This document shows, in pieces, positions 24,720-37,655 of a stretch of DNA of 64,000 bases (its first letter is position 1; every line of letters begins with the position of its first letter). Under the pieces are notes generated by a model, which saw nothing but the letters and a program-made list of their open reading frames with translations, was not told the DNA's origin and ran no database searches. The translations under genes were made by a program, and so were the position numbers. The DNA is from Mobula hypostoma (taxonomy: Eukaryota): the NCBI RefSeq assembly GCF_963921235.1, contig NC_086108.1, positions 86,368,001-86,432,000 of the forward strand, read 5' to 3'.

Positions 24720-25090
24720 TCAGTATTGAGGAGAGATTGAGTCACCTGGGATTTTACTCACTGGATTTCTGATGAATGAGAGAGGACTGTAGAGAAGCAT
24801 GTAAAAATATAAAAGGGAAAGGTAAAGTAGAGGCAAGAAAATTGTTTCCGCTGGTAAATGAGACTAAAAATAAGGCACATAGCCTCAAGACTTGCGCGAA
24901 TAGATTTAGGATGGACATGAGGTGAAACTGCTTTTTCTGCAGATAGTAATGAACCTGTGGAATTCTCAGCCCTAAGGTTCCCTCATGAAATATATTTAAG
25001 ACACAATTAGACAGACTTTTTCCATAGTAGGAAAATGAAGGGTATGGGGGAAAAGGCAGGTAGGTGGAGTTGAGTCCATGGTCAGATCTA
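24720..25090 (+). mobile_element. CR1 3' fragment
   Basis: Decayed GHSLK / VMNLWNS region and CR1-type 3' UTR. Confidence 0.7.
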
Positions 25091-25094
25091 AGAA

Positions 25095-25400
25095 AATGGG
25101 TGCCGGCAGGAGATACGTCTCAACCAAAGGAGTTTTAAGGCACTCCTTCCCTCCACTAGCCTACAAGTCACCCTTGGACAAGTGTAGCACCTGCTTAGCC
25201 CCCTGATCACATGAAGCCATGGGAGCAGGTGGCAAATGGTCTTATGAGCAGCTGGTCTATATTAGACATCCTGGTTATGCGACCATTGATGCCAGGGAGA
25301 CAATCTCTGAAGTCTATTGATAATGGCTGGGGTCACCTATCCTGTAAAGACACTGCCCAGAAGAAGGCAATGGCAAACTAATTCTGCAGAAAAATATCTG
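25095..25400 (+). mobile_element. RTE-related SINE or non-autonomous element
   Basis: GAAGAAGGCAATGGCAAAC motif near the 3' part resembles the RTE/BovB-derived motif. Confidence 0.5.
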
Positions 25401-25882
25401 TTTCTGGAGTGCTTTTGGACTTAGCCATGAGTTTAGTGTGGAATGAGACACTTGATGCATCTGCACCTGCCTTCCTGTTTGTTCCCCATTGAGGAGGCAA
25501 AGAAATGTAGAACACATGGATATATAAACTACAGATGACTAGCTGTTCTTTACTGATCTGTTGGCTAGCTGTCAATGCAATATTATTGAATGACTAAAAA
25601 ATGTTTTAACAGTTTTTTGAAGAGATGAAAGTAAAGATTGATGGATTAGAAGAAAGGAGAACATCATAAAGTCATCATCAAATAACATGGAGTGATATAT
25701 AACTGATCATAGTTTCTTATTTATATCTTCTTTGTTCTCTTTCAACTTCCTTCATGTTCCTCACTTTTGTTCCACCACGAAGACCTCTTACTTGTACTTC
25801 TCTCTTCCTTTGGCTTCCACACAATTGAAATCCTGCTCCTATTTATATCTTATATATGAGCCCTGATGACGTGTCTAGACTT

Positions 25883-27318
25883 GTAATATGAAGAGCATTT
25901 GATGGCTCTGGGCCCATATTCGCTAGAATTCAGAAGAATGAGGGGTGGCCTCATTGAAACCTATTCAATGGTGAAAGCCCTTGATAGAGTGGATGTGGAG
26001 AGTATGTTTCCTTTGGGAGAGTTTAAGACCAGAGGACACAGACTCGGAATAGAGGGTGTCCTTTTAGAATGAAATGAGGAGGAATTTCTTTAGCCAAGGT
26101 GAAACTCAAGTTAATTAAACACAAAGATGTAATTTTAGAGCTCCACCTGTGAAGGATGAAAATGAGGCTTACTGAATGTAAAAAAAAAAGAACTTGAAAA
26201 AAATAGCAAGAACGAGGCGTGGCTGACGCAAGTGTGGATGAGCGTCACAAACACACCAAACTATCGAAACCAACAAAAGATACATAAACTGTTAGAAGTT
26301 GAATTAGTAACTAGTACCTCTACCCTACTTATTGGAAATCCTCAGGTGAAAACCCCTGGAGGATTGATGATATTGAGAAAATATTTATTGAAGCTACGAC
26401 TATAATGAGCATCAGCTATAGTGAGACGATAGCGGCAAAGAGTAGCACCCAAGATCTCTACCGTGTAACTGGAAATTAGCTCTGTTAAATCTTGCCAAGG
26501 GATTTAGTGAGTTAAAACGCTTTTACTATTCTGAGTGTATAATTTGTATCTGAAATATGTTCAGTAGTATTATAACTGAGATATATATAGGGGGGGGGGT
26601 GAATTTGAATTTGTAGACATACTGATCTGAAACTGAGGTTAACTACAATATTTAAAAATAGGAATTCAGTTAGTTTCCTAACTAACTAGGGATAAATAAG
26701 AAGGCAAATGTTAGTCTGTAAACCTTTAAATAGGGAACACCATTAGATCTAATTAGTTAGAGAAATTGGAGTTATAAAGGTTATTGTAATGAATCTCACT
26801 GATTCTAACTAAAAAGGAATTTAGTTTTCATTTGATATTTGAGATTTGGAACCTAAAACTGAAAGTTGGAATTTTGATTTGTTCTTACTCTTGTAAATAT
26901 TTTGTGTATATTGTTATATTTTTTATAAACCTACTTTCAGAGGAATGTGTTTTCTATTAACTGTTTGCTTTTGAAACCCAGAGCTCCTGATGGCCCACTA
27001 GCCCTGGAGTAGTACTGAGTAATTAGATTTTTCTCAGAAAGAGTGTGGCGACCAGTCACACAAGATCAGACCAGCACTACACAGTTGTTACAAGAGAACA
27101 GTGAATCTGTGGAATTCTTTGCCACAGGCAGCTGTGGAGTTCAAGTCCTAATGTATATTTAAGGCGGAGATGATAGATTCCAGATTAAGGGATACGGAGA
27201 GACGGCAGGAGATTGGAGCTGAGAGGAAAATTGGATCAGACATGATGAGATGGCGGAGCAGACTAGATAAGTCAAATAACTTAATTCTGCTCCCATGTTA
27301 TAGTCTCACGGTCTCATG
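25883..27318 (+). mobile_element. CR1 3' fragment inserted into a PLE-A terminus and itself split by an LTR
   Basis: LMALGPYSLEFRRMRG...RNFFSQ|VNLWNSLPQ. The flanks CCTGATGACGTGTCTAGACTTG and AAAAGTTGAATGTTTATTCCCTTCCATAGATG rejoin into the PLE-A terminus. Confidence 0.75.
26100..27092 (-). mobile_element. Putative solo LTR (~990 bp)
   Basis: TG...CA boundaries (TGTAAC...TTTCA on the minus strand) interrupt CR1 precisely. Imperfect 4-bp TSD AAGG / AGAG. Confidence 0.65.
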
Positions 27319-27616
27319 GAAAAGTTGAATGTTTATTCCCTTCCATAGATGTTGCCTGACTTGCTGAGTTTCTACAACAATCTGTGTGTGTCGCTCAATA
27401 TTTGCAGAATTACCTGCGTTTATGCTATTGAAATCCTGATCCATTTTCTGATTACCTCAACTTTAACTGGTGAAACATCCTCATTTTGTAGAATTACAGA
27501 GTAGAAGCTTCGACTTACTCAAAAATCCTCAGCTATCAACCCTTTCCTTGTTCTGTTATGCTCCCTCATATAGTTATATTTCTTTATTTATTTATTGTGT
27601 TTGTCTCAGCAGTATA

Positions 27617-28953
27617 GTAGATCCCAGTTAATTGGGTCTATCAGTTAATCAGGGCAGGCACATATTTGGTACAACTCCAAAAGAACAAATTGGGAAAATA
27701 GCTGGGATTTCCTTCATTTATTTGGGACATCATACCACTTAATTGGGACAGGAGATGGTTGCTGAACATTTTCCATCTAGTGTCAGTCATGTGCATGTCA
27801 TGTGGTCATTAGACACTACACCGCGCTTGGAGTGATCAGTTTATAAACAGCGTCACTTGTATGTTTATGTTCAAAAAGCAGTGGATTTTTGTCACTGATT
27901 GTTGGCGAGCAGTAAAGGTATTGACAACCATCGGAAGTCCACTATCTGCACTGATTTTATTCATCCACAGTCAATCGAAAGTACTCATCAAAGTTTTTCA
28001 CCCAGAGAGTGGTGGATATATGGAATGTTCTGCCCCAGAAGGCTGTGGAGGCCAAGTCTCTGTATGCTTTCAAAAAAGAGATGGATAGAGCTCTTAAAGG
28101 TTATGGGGATAAGGCAGGAACTGGATACTGATCGTGGATGATCAGCCACAATCACAGTGAATGGCGGTGCTGGCTCGAAGGGCCGAATGGCCTACTCCTG
28201 CACCTATTGTCTATTGTCTATTATCTATTGTCTAAAAGAACATGTCAGCATACACTGAATGAATTCCTCCATCAATAACTATTAGGAACAGTTTTATAGA
28301 ATAGTACTGTAGTAGTGCAAACACGAGGAACTCTGCAGATGCTGGAAATTCAAGCAACACACATTAAAGTTGCCGGTGAACGCAGCAGGCCAGGCAGGGA
28401 AGAGGTACAGTTGACGTTTCGGGCCGAGACCCTTTGTCAGGACTAACTGAAGGAAGAGCTAGTAAGAGATTTGAAAGTGGGAGGGGGAGGGGGAGATCCA
28501 AAATGATAGGAGAAGACAGGAGGGGGAGGGATGGAGCCAAGAGCTGGACAGTTGATTGGCAAAAGGGATATGAGAGGATCATGGGACAGGAGGCCCAGGG
28601 AGAAGGAAAGGGGGGGGGGGAGACACAGAAGATGGGCAAGGGGTATAGTCAGAGGGAGCAGCAACTTTGATGAGTACTGTAGTAGCTTTGGTAGTGCTCT
28701 AATTTACTCTGTATTTCATTTAAATACCTAATTTGTTACTCAGCTAAATGGTAGTTTGTCCTTTTCATACCTCTTTAACTATTTCTATGAAACTTCAGCT
28801 AATTGGGGCAGCTGCTCAATTGGGCTAAAATGTAGTGGTCTCTTGCTTCCCAACATCTGGTCTCATATACTTTGGTCCTATATTATGTCCCCCTATTTTC
28901 TATTTTCCTGCTCATTCATAATTAGGCACATTGGTGACTTCCCGGAATCCCCT
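27617..28953. mobile_element. Tc1/mariner (Tigger-like) non-autonomous DNA element, with CR1 (~27994-28233) and PLE inserts
   Basis: Left end AGTAGATCCCAGTTAATTGGG, repeated TAATTGGG motifs, right end CCGGAATCCCCTG. Confidence 0.5.
28316..28672 (-). mobile_element. PLE family A terminal insertion with a short inverted end
   Basis: 13-bp TSD AGTACTGTAGTAG (28303-28315 / 28673-28685). Minus strand AGTC-CTGACAA-AGGGTCTCGGCCC-GAAACGTC-AACT. Ends with inverted CAGCAACTTTGATG. Confidence 0.9.
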
Positions 28954-29259
28954 GTCGTAAAACAATGTGTTATCCACCTTTAAAATCAGGTTCAAAACTA
29001 TAGTTACTCAAGATGCATTTTTTTTGACCTTCCTTCATTCTCTTTACTGTTGCCCACTCTGCTAATGCTCACCCGTTCCGCCATTATCTGACATACTGGT
29101 GTGCTTTTAATCTGATATTTCTAAAAGAAGCCCTGTTTATATGGAGAAGCATACAAAAAGGCCTCCATCACTAACAACAATCTTCCAAACTATAGTTCTG
29201 TGAAGATTTGCATTTAAGTAGCACCTTTCCCACCTAAGTAGATACCCAAAAGCTCTTTG

Positions 29260-29520
29260 CAACTAATGAAGTTCATTTGGTCTGAAGACAGTGCTCTATC
29301 TTTCAAATGTGCCAGCAAAGTTGTGCACAGCAATCTCTTATAGCATCAATATGCTAATGAGTGGATCATCTGTTTGATATTACTGAATAAGGAATAAATA
29401 TTGGCCTGAAGACCAGAGACAGCTTCTCAGCTTTCCTTTGAAATAGTGCTTTTATGTATATCTGAAAGAGCAGATGAGGCCTAAATTAATGTTTAATGTC
29501 TGACTTCTGACAAAGCATAG
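29260..29520 (-). mobile_element. Old Deu-domain-like SINE remnant (similar remnants near 22090 and 60320)
   Basis: Degenerate resemblance to the CTTTCGGATGAGACGTTAAACCGAGG core, clearest at 60321-60345. Confidence 0.4.
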
Positions 29521-29769
29521 TGAGGCAGGCTTTTAACAACTCATGGCAGTGGAAGCATGCAAGTTGAATCACCTCTTAAAATCCCTACATGAATACAAAT
29601 GCTGTATTTTTCTCCACTGGTCACACAGTATAAAATAAGAAGGGGGACTTAGGGCAGCACAGTATTACCGTCAGTAGGAATAATGCCTCAATATTCCAAC
29701 AACTTGGGTCTAATACTGACTACTAGCGCTGGCTGTGTAGTTCTCCCTGTGACCACTTGGATTTCCATT

Positions 29770-32460
29770 AAGACCAATAACACATAAAGCAGCATCAGGC
29801 CGTTTGGCCTGTTATTTATGCTCAGCCATGTGATCATGGCATATTTATTTTCCCTCTCAACACATTCTCTTGCCTTATTCCCGCAACCTTTGATGCCCCT
29901 TTATTAATTAAGACCTATCAACCTCTGCTTTGAATATACCCAAAGACCTGTCCTCCACAGAACTCTACGACAATGAATTCCATAGGTTCAACATCGTCTG
30001 GTGAAAGGAATTCCTCCTCATTTCTGTTGTACAGGGACATCCTTCTATTCTGAGACTGTGCCCTCTCATCCTAGAGTTTCCCACTGTTGGAAACATCCTG
30101 TTGGAAATAGACGCTAATAATTACATTTACCCTCCTGCATGTTAACCTTTAGGGAATCCTGCACCAGGACAGCAAAGTCCCTTTGCACTTCTGATTTCTG
30201 AATTTACTCCCCATTTAGAAAATCATCAATGCCATTTCACCTTCTACTGAAATGCATTACCATACAGTTACCTACATTGTATTACATCTTCCATTTCTTT
30301 GACCATTCTCTTAATCTGTACGTCCTTCTGCAAACTTCTGCATCCTCAACACTAAATTCCCCTTCATCTATCATTGTATCATCTGCAAATCTGGCCAAAA
30401 GCCATCAATTTCATCATCTAGATCATTAAAGTATAACATGTAGAGTAGCAGACACAACACCGAGCATTGAGGAACGCCATTAATTGCTGGCAGCCAACCT
30501 GAAAAGGCTCCATTTATTCCTACTCTTTGCCTTCTGCCAATCAGCCAATCTCCTACTCATGCTGGTATCTTAGCTATAATACCATGGACTTTTATCTTGT
30601 GAAGCAGCCTCATGTCTGGTACCATGTCAAAGGGCCTTCTGAGGATCGAAGTAGACAACATCCACTGACGGTCTTTTGTCTATCTTGCCTGTTATTTCCT
30701 CAAAAAATTCCAATGGATTTGTCAGGCAAGATTTTTCCTTAAGAAAACCACGCAGACTTAGAACTATTTATTAAGTGCCTCCAAGTACCCCAAAACTTTT
30801 ACTTTAATAATGGACTCCAACACCTTCCCAACCATGAAAGTCAGGCTATAATTTTCTTTCTTCTGCCTCCCTCTCTTTTTGAAGAATGAAGTGACATTTG
30901 CAATTTTCTAGTCCTCAAGAACCATTCTTGAAAGATCACATCTAATGCCTCTGCAATCTCTTTAGTCACGTTAATCAGAAATTTGTGGTCTAACCCATCT
31001 GGTCCAAGAGACTTAATAACCTACAGACCTTTTGGCTTCTCAAGCACCTTCTCCTTATTAATAGCAACTGCACTTGCCTCGACCCCAAAACACTCCAGAA
31101 TTTTTGGCATGCTGCTGCAGTCTTCCATAGGGAGGTCTGACACAAAATATATTCAATTCATTTGCCATTTCTTTGACCCCATTATTGCCTTTCAATTTCA
31201 TTTTCCAGTGGTCAGATGCCCACTCTTACCTCTCTTTTACTCTTTGTATATCTGAAAAACATTTGTCATCCTCTTTTATATTATTGGCTAGTTTACCTTT
31301 GTATTTAATCTTCTTTCTCTTTATTGCTTTTTTGTTGCTTTCTATTTTTTTTTAATTCACAATCCTCTGACTTCCCATTAGTTTTTGATAATAGTGTATG
31401 TCTTCCTTTTTGCTTTCATGCTGTTTTTGACTTACCTTGTCAGCCATAATTTCCTCATCCTCTCTTTAGAATGCTTTTTCATTGGAATGAACCGATCCTG
31501 CATCTTCCAAATTACCCCAGAAATTCTAGGCTTTGCTGCTTTAAAGTCATATCTACTAGTGTCCCATTCTAATCACCTTTGGCTAGCACCTCTCTCATGC
31601 CTCTGTAGTTGCCTGTTCTCCATGCTAATACCAATACATCTGATTTTAGCTTCTCCTTTTCAAACTGCAGGTTGAATTCAATCATATTATGATCACTGTC
31701 TCCTAAGGTTCCTTTATCCTAAGCTCTCGGATCAAATCTGATTCATTTCACAACACCAAATCCAGAATTACCTTTTCCATGGTGGCTATGCCACAATCTA
31801 CTGTAAAAAGCCATCTCACAGGCATTCTACAAATTCCTTCTCTTGGGATCAAGCACCAACATAATTTTCCCTATGTACCTGCATAAGAAAATCCACCATG
31901 ACCCTCATAACATTACCCTTTTTGCATACCTTTTCAATTTCTTGTTATAATTTGTACCCCATATACTGGCTACTGTGGGAGGCCTTTTTTACCCTTGCAG
32001 TTTCTTACCTCAACCCACAATGATTCTACATCTTCTAACCTACGTCACTTCTTTCTAAGGATTTGATTACAGTGTTTTTAGTAACAATGCCACACCATGC
32101 CCTCTGCCCACCTGCCTGTCCTTTGAACAGGATATATATCCTTTCTTATTTAGCTCCCAGGTGTGATTTTCTTTCAACCACAGTTCTGTGCTGCCCACAA
32201 TATCAAACCTGCCAATTTCCAACTGCATCACGTTCATCTACCTTATTTTGTATGCCATGCATATTTAAATGTAAGACACTCAGTCCTATATTCATCACCC
32301 TTCTTTTTAAATTTTGTCGCCATGTCGCCTGAAGATGAATTTTTATCCCCTTCTAAACTTTTTGTCTTATTCTTTATTCTGGAAAATTCAGTAATCTTTT
32401 CTGCACTCTTCTTCACCTCTACTTTACCCACACTGATCCACTCCCTACGATTTAGTTTAT
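29770..32460 (-). mobile_element. Decayed CR1 ORF2, inserted in a tRNA-derived SINE (~29650-29768 and ~32490-32640)
   Basis: Colinear similarity to the CR1 at 1178-7402. The flanks carry the V-SINE-like core TTCTCCCTGTGACC. Confidence 0.8.
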
Positions 32461-33534
32461 TATATCCTCTGGTGCCTTCTATTTCCTCTTAATTTTCAAA
32501 GATCTTTTGGGTTGGTAGGCTACTGGAAATTGTCCCCAGTGTGAATGTGATTGGTAGAATCTAGTGGAAAGGGTGCTTGATAATCAGCGTGGGCTCGGTC
32601 AGCCAAAAGGCCTGTTCTCATGCCTTGCGGTTCTATTGATTACATCTGACCTGATTCCTGCTGTTTTAAGAGGATAAAAGCATCCTTCAGCTGAGTAATA
32701 AACAGGATTAGCAAGATAGTTCTATGCTGCTGTTGGCCATGGAAAATGTTTAGCCCATTACTATGGCACAGCCTTGATTGTCAGTAAATAAAGGGCTCAT
32801 TTCCAAGCCTGGCTTCAAATGTTTGTTCCTTTGCACATCCCTTCAAGGCGGAATCACTGCTGTGACCCATGTCTGATTAGAATGGTAAAATAAGCATATT
32901 CACAAATCTGAATTTATGAGGAAGTTAAGGTATGAGCAGAGAACACATTGTCAGGGCACTGGAATAGGTTAACAGTTCACCATCAAAGTGATGGAGATGC
33001 ATATGCAATGAGGGAGACTTCAGGAGGAATAAAATATTGAAAAAAGAATTTAGGACCTTTTTTGTTACTGCAGTTGTTATAATAAAATACAAAATGACAG
33101 CACAATAGTCTTTGCTAGTTGATTTTCAGAATTAGTGAAGCGAAGATTCATTTGAATGGAAGTGAAGATGTAAATTTTATTAAGGTGGTTAGATCTTATT
33201 GAACAACTATGAACTTGCTACCACAGATGGTATTAAATGCTTCATGCTGGGAAAGTCACTACAAAGTGTGTCCAGAATTTTGCCAGAATATATATTATAA
33301 ATTAATGGGATTTTACAATCTATCCAAATTTATGAAGTTATATTGGCACCTTTGGACATTTGTATGATACATTGATAAAAATTACTGGAGAGCATTTCAT
33401 GATAGTGATTTTTATGGTAATATTATAGTGTAATTAAGTGGCAATTTACCAGCTGAGTTTGAATGGATGTGAATGAAGTAAGTTTAGGGTAAGTAAGGTA
33501 TTGTAGGTATTATTTAAATAAGTGGGTTTAACAT

Positions 33535-33535
<1 letters not shown>

Positions 33536-33572
<37 letters not shown>

Positions 33573-33589
33573 ACTAACCAATTTAATGC
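33536..33589. repeat. (GT)n microsatellite
   Basis: Direct reading. Confidence 0.95.
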
Positions 33590-35495
33590 TGGATTTGTGC
33601 ATAAGGTCAAAATTTTCAATTAGCTGAGAAATATATTTTCTTATCCTTATGAACGTTCTTTGGAAAAAGTCAAAATTTGTACCATAGACTCAGAGAACTG
33701 TAACACCAGCATATCATGGCACAAAAAGAAGTAATTCAGACCAGTGAATCTATATTTCTCTGAGTAATTCCATGAATCATAGAAACCATAGAAACTACAG
33801 CACAGAAACAGGCCTTTTGGCCCTTCTTGGCTATGCTGAACCATTTTCTGCCTAGTCCCACTGACCTGCACACGGACCATATCCCTCCATATACCTCCCA
33901 TCCATGTATCTGTCCAATTTATTCTTAAATGTTAATAAAGAACCCGCATTTACCACCTCGTCTGGCAGCTCATTCCATACTCCCACCACTCTCTGTGTGA
34001 AGAAGCCCCCCCCCTAATGTTCCCTTTAAACTTTTCCCCCCTCACCCTTAACCCATGTCCTCTGGTTTTTTTCTCCCCTTGCCTCAGTGGAAAAAGCCTG
34101 CTTGCATTCACTCTATCTATACCCATCATAATTTTATATACCTCTATCAAATCTCCCCTCATTCTTCTACGCTCCAGGGAATGAAGTCCTAACCTATTCA
34201 ACCTTTCTCTGTAACTGAGTTTCTTAAGTTCTGGCAACATCCTTGTAAACCTTCTCTGCACTCTTTCAACCTTATTTATATCCTTCCTGTAATTTGGTGA
34301 CCAAAACTGAACACAATACTCCAGATTCGGCCTCACCAATGCCTTATACAACCTCATTATAACATTCCAGCTCTTATACTCAATACTTTGATTAATAATG
34401 GCCAATGTTCCAAAAGCTCTCTTTACAACCCTATCTACTTGTGACGCCACTTTTAGGAAATTTTGTATCTGTATTCCCAGATCCCTCCGTTCTACTGCAC
34501 TCCTCAGTGCCTTACCATTAACCCTGTATGTTCTACCTTGGTTTGTCCTTCCAACATGCAATACCTCATACTTGTCTGTATTAAACTCCACCTGCCATTT
34601 TTCTGCCCATTTTTCCAGCTGGTCCAAGTCCCTCTGCAGGTTCTGAAAATCTTCCTCACTGTCTACTATACCTCCAATCTTTCTATCATCAGCAAATTTG
34701 CTGATCCAATTTACCATATTATCATCCAGATCATTGATATAGATGACAAATAACAATGGACCCAGCACTGATCCCTGTGGCACACTAGTCACAGGCCTCC
34801 ACTCAGAGAAGCAATTCTCTACCACCACTCTTTGGCTTCTTCCATTGAGCCAATGTCTAATCCAATTTACCACCTCTCCATGTATACCTAGCGACTGAAT
34901 TTTCCTAACTAACCTCCCATGCGGAACTTTGTCAAAGGCCTTACTGAAATCCATGTAGACAATACCCACTGCCTTCCCTTCATCCACTTTCCTGGTAACT
35001 TCCTCGAAAAACTCCAATAGATTGGTCAAACATGACCTACCACGCACAAAGCCATGTTGACTCTCCCTAATAAGTCCCTGTCTATCCAAATGCTTGTAGA
35101 TTCTGTCTCATTAGTACTCCCTCCAATAATTTACCTACTACCGACGTTAAACTCACCGGCCTATAATTTCCCAGATTACTTTTCGATCCTTTTTTAAACA
35201 ACGGAACAACATGAGCCACTCTCCAATCCTCCAGCACCTCACCAGTAGACAGCGACATTTTAAATATTTCTGCCAGGGCCCCCGCAATTTCAACACTAGT
35301 CTCCTTCAAGGTCCGAGGGAACACTCTGTCAGGTCCTGGGGATTTATCCACTTTAATTTTCCTCAAGACAGCAAGCACGTCCTCCTTTTCAATCTGTACA
35401 GTTTCCATGATCTCACTACTTGATTCCCTCAATTCCATAGACTTCATGCCAGTTTCCTTAGCAAATACAGACCCAAAAAAACTATTTAAGATCTC

Positions 35496-35733
35496 AAACA
35501 ACAGGAATTCTGCAGATGCTGGAAATTCAAGCAACACACATCAAAGTTGCTGGTGAACGCAGCAGGCCAGGCAGCATCTGTAGGAAGAGGTGTAGTCGAC
35601 GTTTCAGGCTGAGACCCTTCGTCAGGACTAACTGATTTAGTCCTGACGAAGGGTCTCGGCCTGAAACGTCGACTGCACCTCTTCCTACAGATGCTGCCTG
35701 GCCTGCTGCGTTCACCAGCAACTTTGATGTGTG
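35496..35733. mobile_element. PLE family A fold-back insertion (97-bp inverted arms, 5-nt loop)
   Basis: Perfect 14-bp TSD CTATTTAAGATCTC (35482-35495 / 35734-35747). Arms 35535-35631 and 35637-35733 differ at 2 positions. Confidence 0.95.
35638..35675 (+). ncRNA. Minimal type I hammerhead ribozyme motif (mirror copy on the minus strand, ~35593-35630)
   Basis: UAGUC-CUGACGA-AGGGUCUCGGCCU-GAAAC-GUC^GACUG: stem I UAGUC/GACUG, intact core, palindromic ACGU stem III, predicted cut after 35670. Confidence 0.8.
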
Positions 35734-37607
35734 CTATTTAAGATCTCCCCCATTTCCTTTGGTTCCGCACATAGCCGACCACTCTGATCTTCAAGAGGAC
35801 CAATTTTATCTCTTACAATCCTTTTGCTCTTAATATACCTGTAAAAGCTCTTTGGATTATCCTTCACTTTGACTGCCAAGGCAACCTCATGTCTTCTTTT
35901 AGCCCTCCTGATTACTTTCTTAAGTATTTTCTTGCATTTCTTATACTCCTCAAGCACCTGATTTACTCCCTGTTTCCTATACTTTTCATACAACTCCCTC
36001 TTCTTCTTTATCAGAGTTGCAATATCCCTTGAGAACCAAGGTTCCTTATTCCTATTCAATTTGCCTTTAATCCTGACAGGAACATACAAACTCTGCACTC
36101 TCAAAATTTCCCCTTTGAAGGCTTCCCACCTACCAATCACATCTTTGCCAGAGAACAACCCGTCCCAATCCATACTTTTTAGATCCTTTCTCATTTCTTC
36201 AAATTTGGCCTTCTTCCAGTTCAGAACCTCAACCCTAGGACCAGATCTATCCTTGTCCATGATCAAATTGAAACTAATGGTGTTATGATCACTGGAACCA
36301 AAGTGCTCCCCTACACAGACTTCCGTCACTTGTCCTAACTCGTTTCCTAACAGGAGATCCAATATTGCATCCCCTCTAGTTGGTCCCTCTATATATTGAT
36401 TTAGAAAACTTTCCTGAACACATTTTACAAACTCTAAACCATCTAGACCCCTAACAGTATGGGAGTCCCAATCAATGTATGGAAAATTAAAATCCCCTAC
36501 CACCACAACTTTATGTTTCCTGCAGTTGCCTGTTATCTCTCTGCAGATTTGCTCTTCCAAGTCTCGTTGAGTATTGGGTGGCCTGCAATACAATCCCACT
36601 AATGTGGCCATACCTTTCCTGTTTCTCAGCTCCACCCAAAAGGACTCAGTAGACAAGCCCTCTAATCTGTCCTGCCTGAACACTGCTGTAATATTTTCCC
36701 TAACAAGCAATGCTACTCCCCCTCCTTTCATTCCTCTGCCTTGATCACATCTGAAACATTGGAACCCTGGAATATTAAGCTGCCAGTCCTGCCCCTCCTG
36801 TAGCCAAGTTTCACTAATTGCTATAACATCATAATTCCACCTGTCAATCCACGCCCTCAACTCATCCGCCTTCCCCGCAATACTCCTAGCATTGAAATAT
36901 ATACACCTCAGAAGATTTTTACCACCACTCACAACCTTTCTATCAGCAGATTTGCTTGAACTTTTAACATCATTTATTTTCACCCCAGCCACACTGTCAG
37001 CTCTGGCATTCCTGTTGTCTTTCACTTTACTAATAATTTTCCATTTATTCTTTCTCAAGTGCTTATTCCTGATTAAAGATATTGCTATCGTCATTCAGTA
37101 AGTTGCTGATCATGATCAGCTTTGAGTAAAATTTTTCTCCTTGTAACTTTTGCCTAATACTTTAAATTGATGCTTCATGAAGCACCTGCTAATGTAACTG
37201 CTTCCTGACACTTGCTCTGTCTAAACTAGTTATGATCTATTTAAATCACTTCTTACTCCTCTTTGCTTGAAGGAGGACAAAAAACAGATTCACCAGTCTA
37301 ATCATGTAGCTGAAAACCCCTGCTCTTAGCAAAGTTCTGATAAATCTAGTGTACTCTATCAAGGAACTTTCTGAATTCTTCTGAAGTGAATAATAAGAAT
37401 TGCACCCAATAATCTAGTTGTAGCCAAATCAGTATTTTGCGCATTCTGTGACTTAGATGATGAGAAGTTTTTTTTTCTTTTAATTATTTTGCTTCATACT
37501 AATGTCTTACTCTAAGTGTTTTAGTATATTGTAATTAAAAAAAGGATCTATTGCTTTCCTTGCGTATATGACGAATGAACTCTTCTCAAGCTTCCAGCCG
37601 GGTACAA

Positions 37608-37655
37608 GTAACTGATGTTTCGATGACAAACTCTGCCATGTTCATCAGGGATGAT
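37608..37655 (-). ncRNA. Hammerhead ribozyme motif of PLE family B
   Basis: AUCC-CUGAUGA-ACAUGGCAG-AGU-UUGUCAUC-GAAACAUC. Long stem II and intact core; stems I and III are partly decayed. Confidence 0.6.

Larger units (their letters stand above)
33778..37010 (-). mobile_element. Young CR1 LINE, near-complete ORF2 (APE + RT) with few lesions
   Basis: ORFs 35712-37094 (YFNARSI, SETW, GDFN, SDHN), 35082-35537 and 33950-35089 (YMDFSKAFD, PQGSVLGP, KFADD). Broken by the PLE insert 35496-35733, a +1 frameshift at ~35110 and a frameshift near 34010. Confidence 0.95.
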
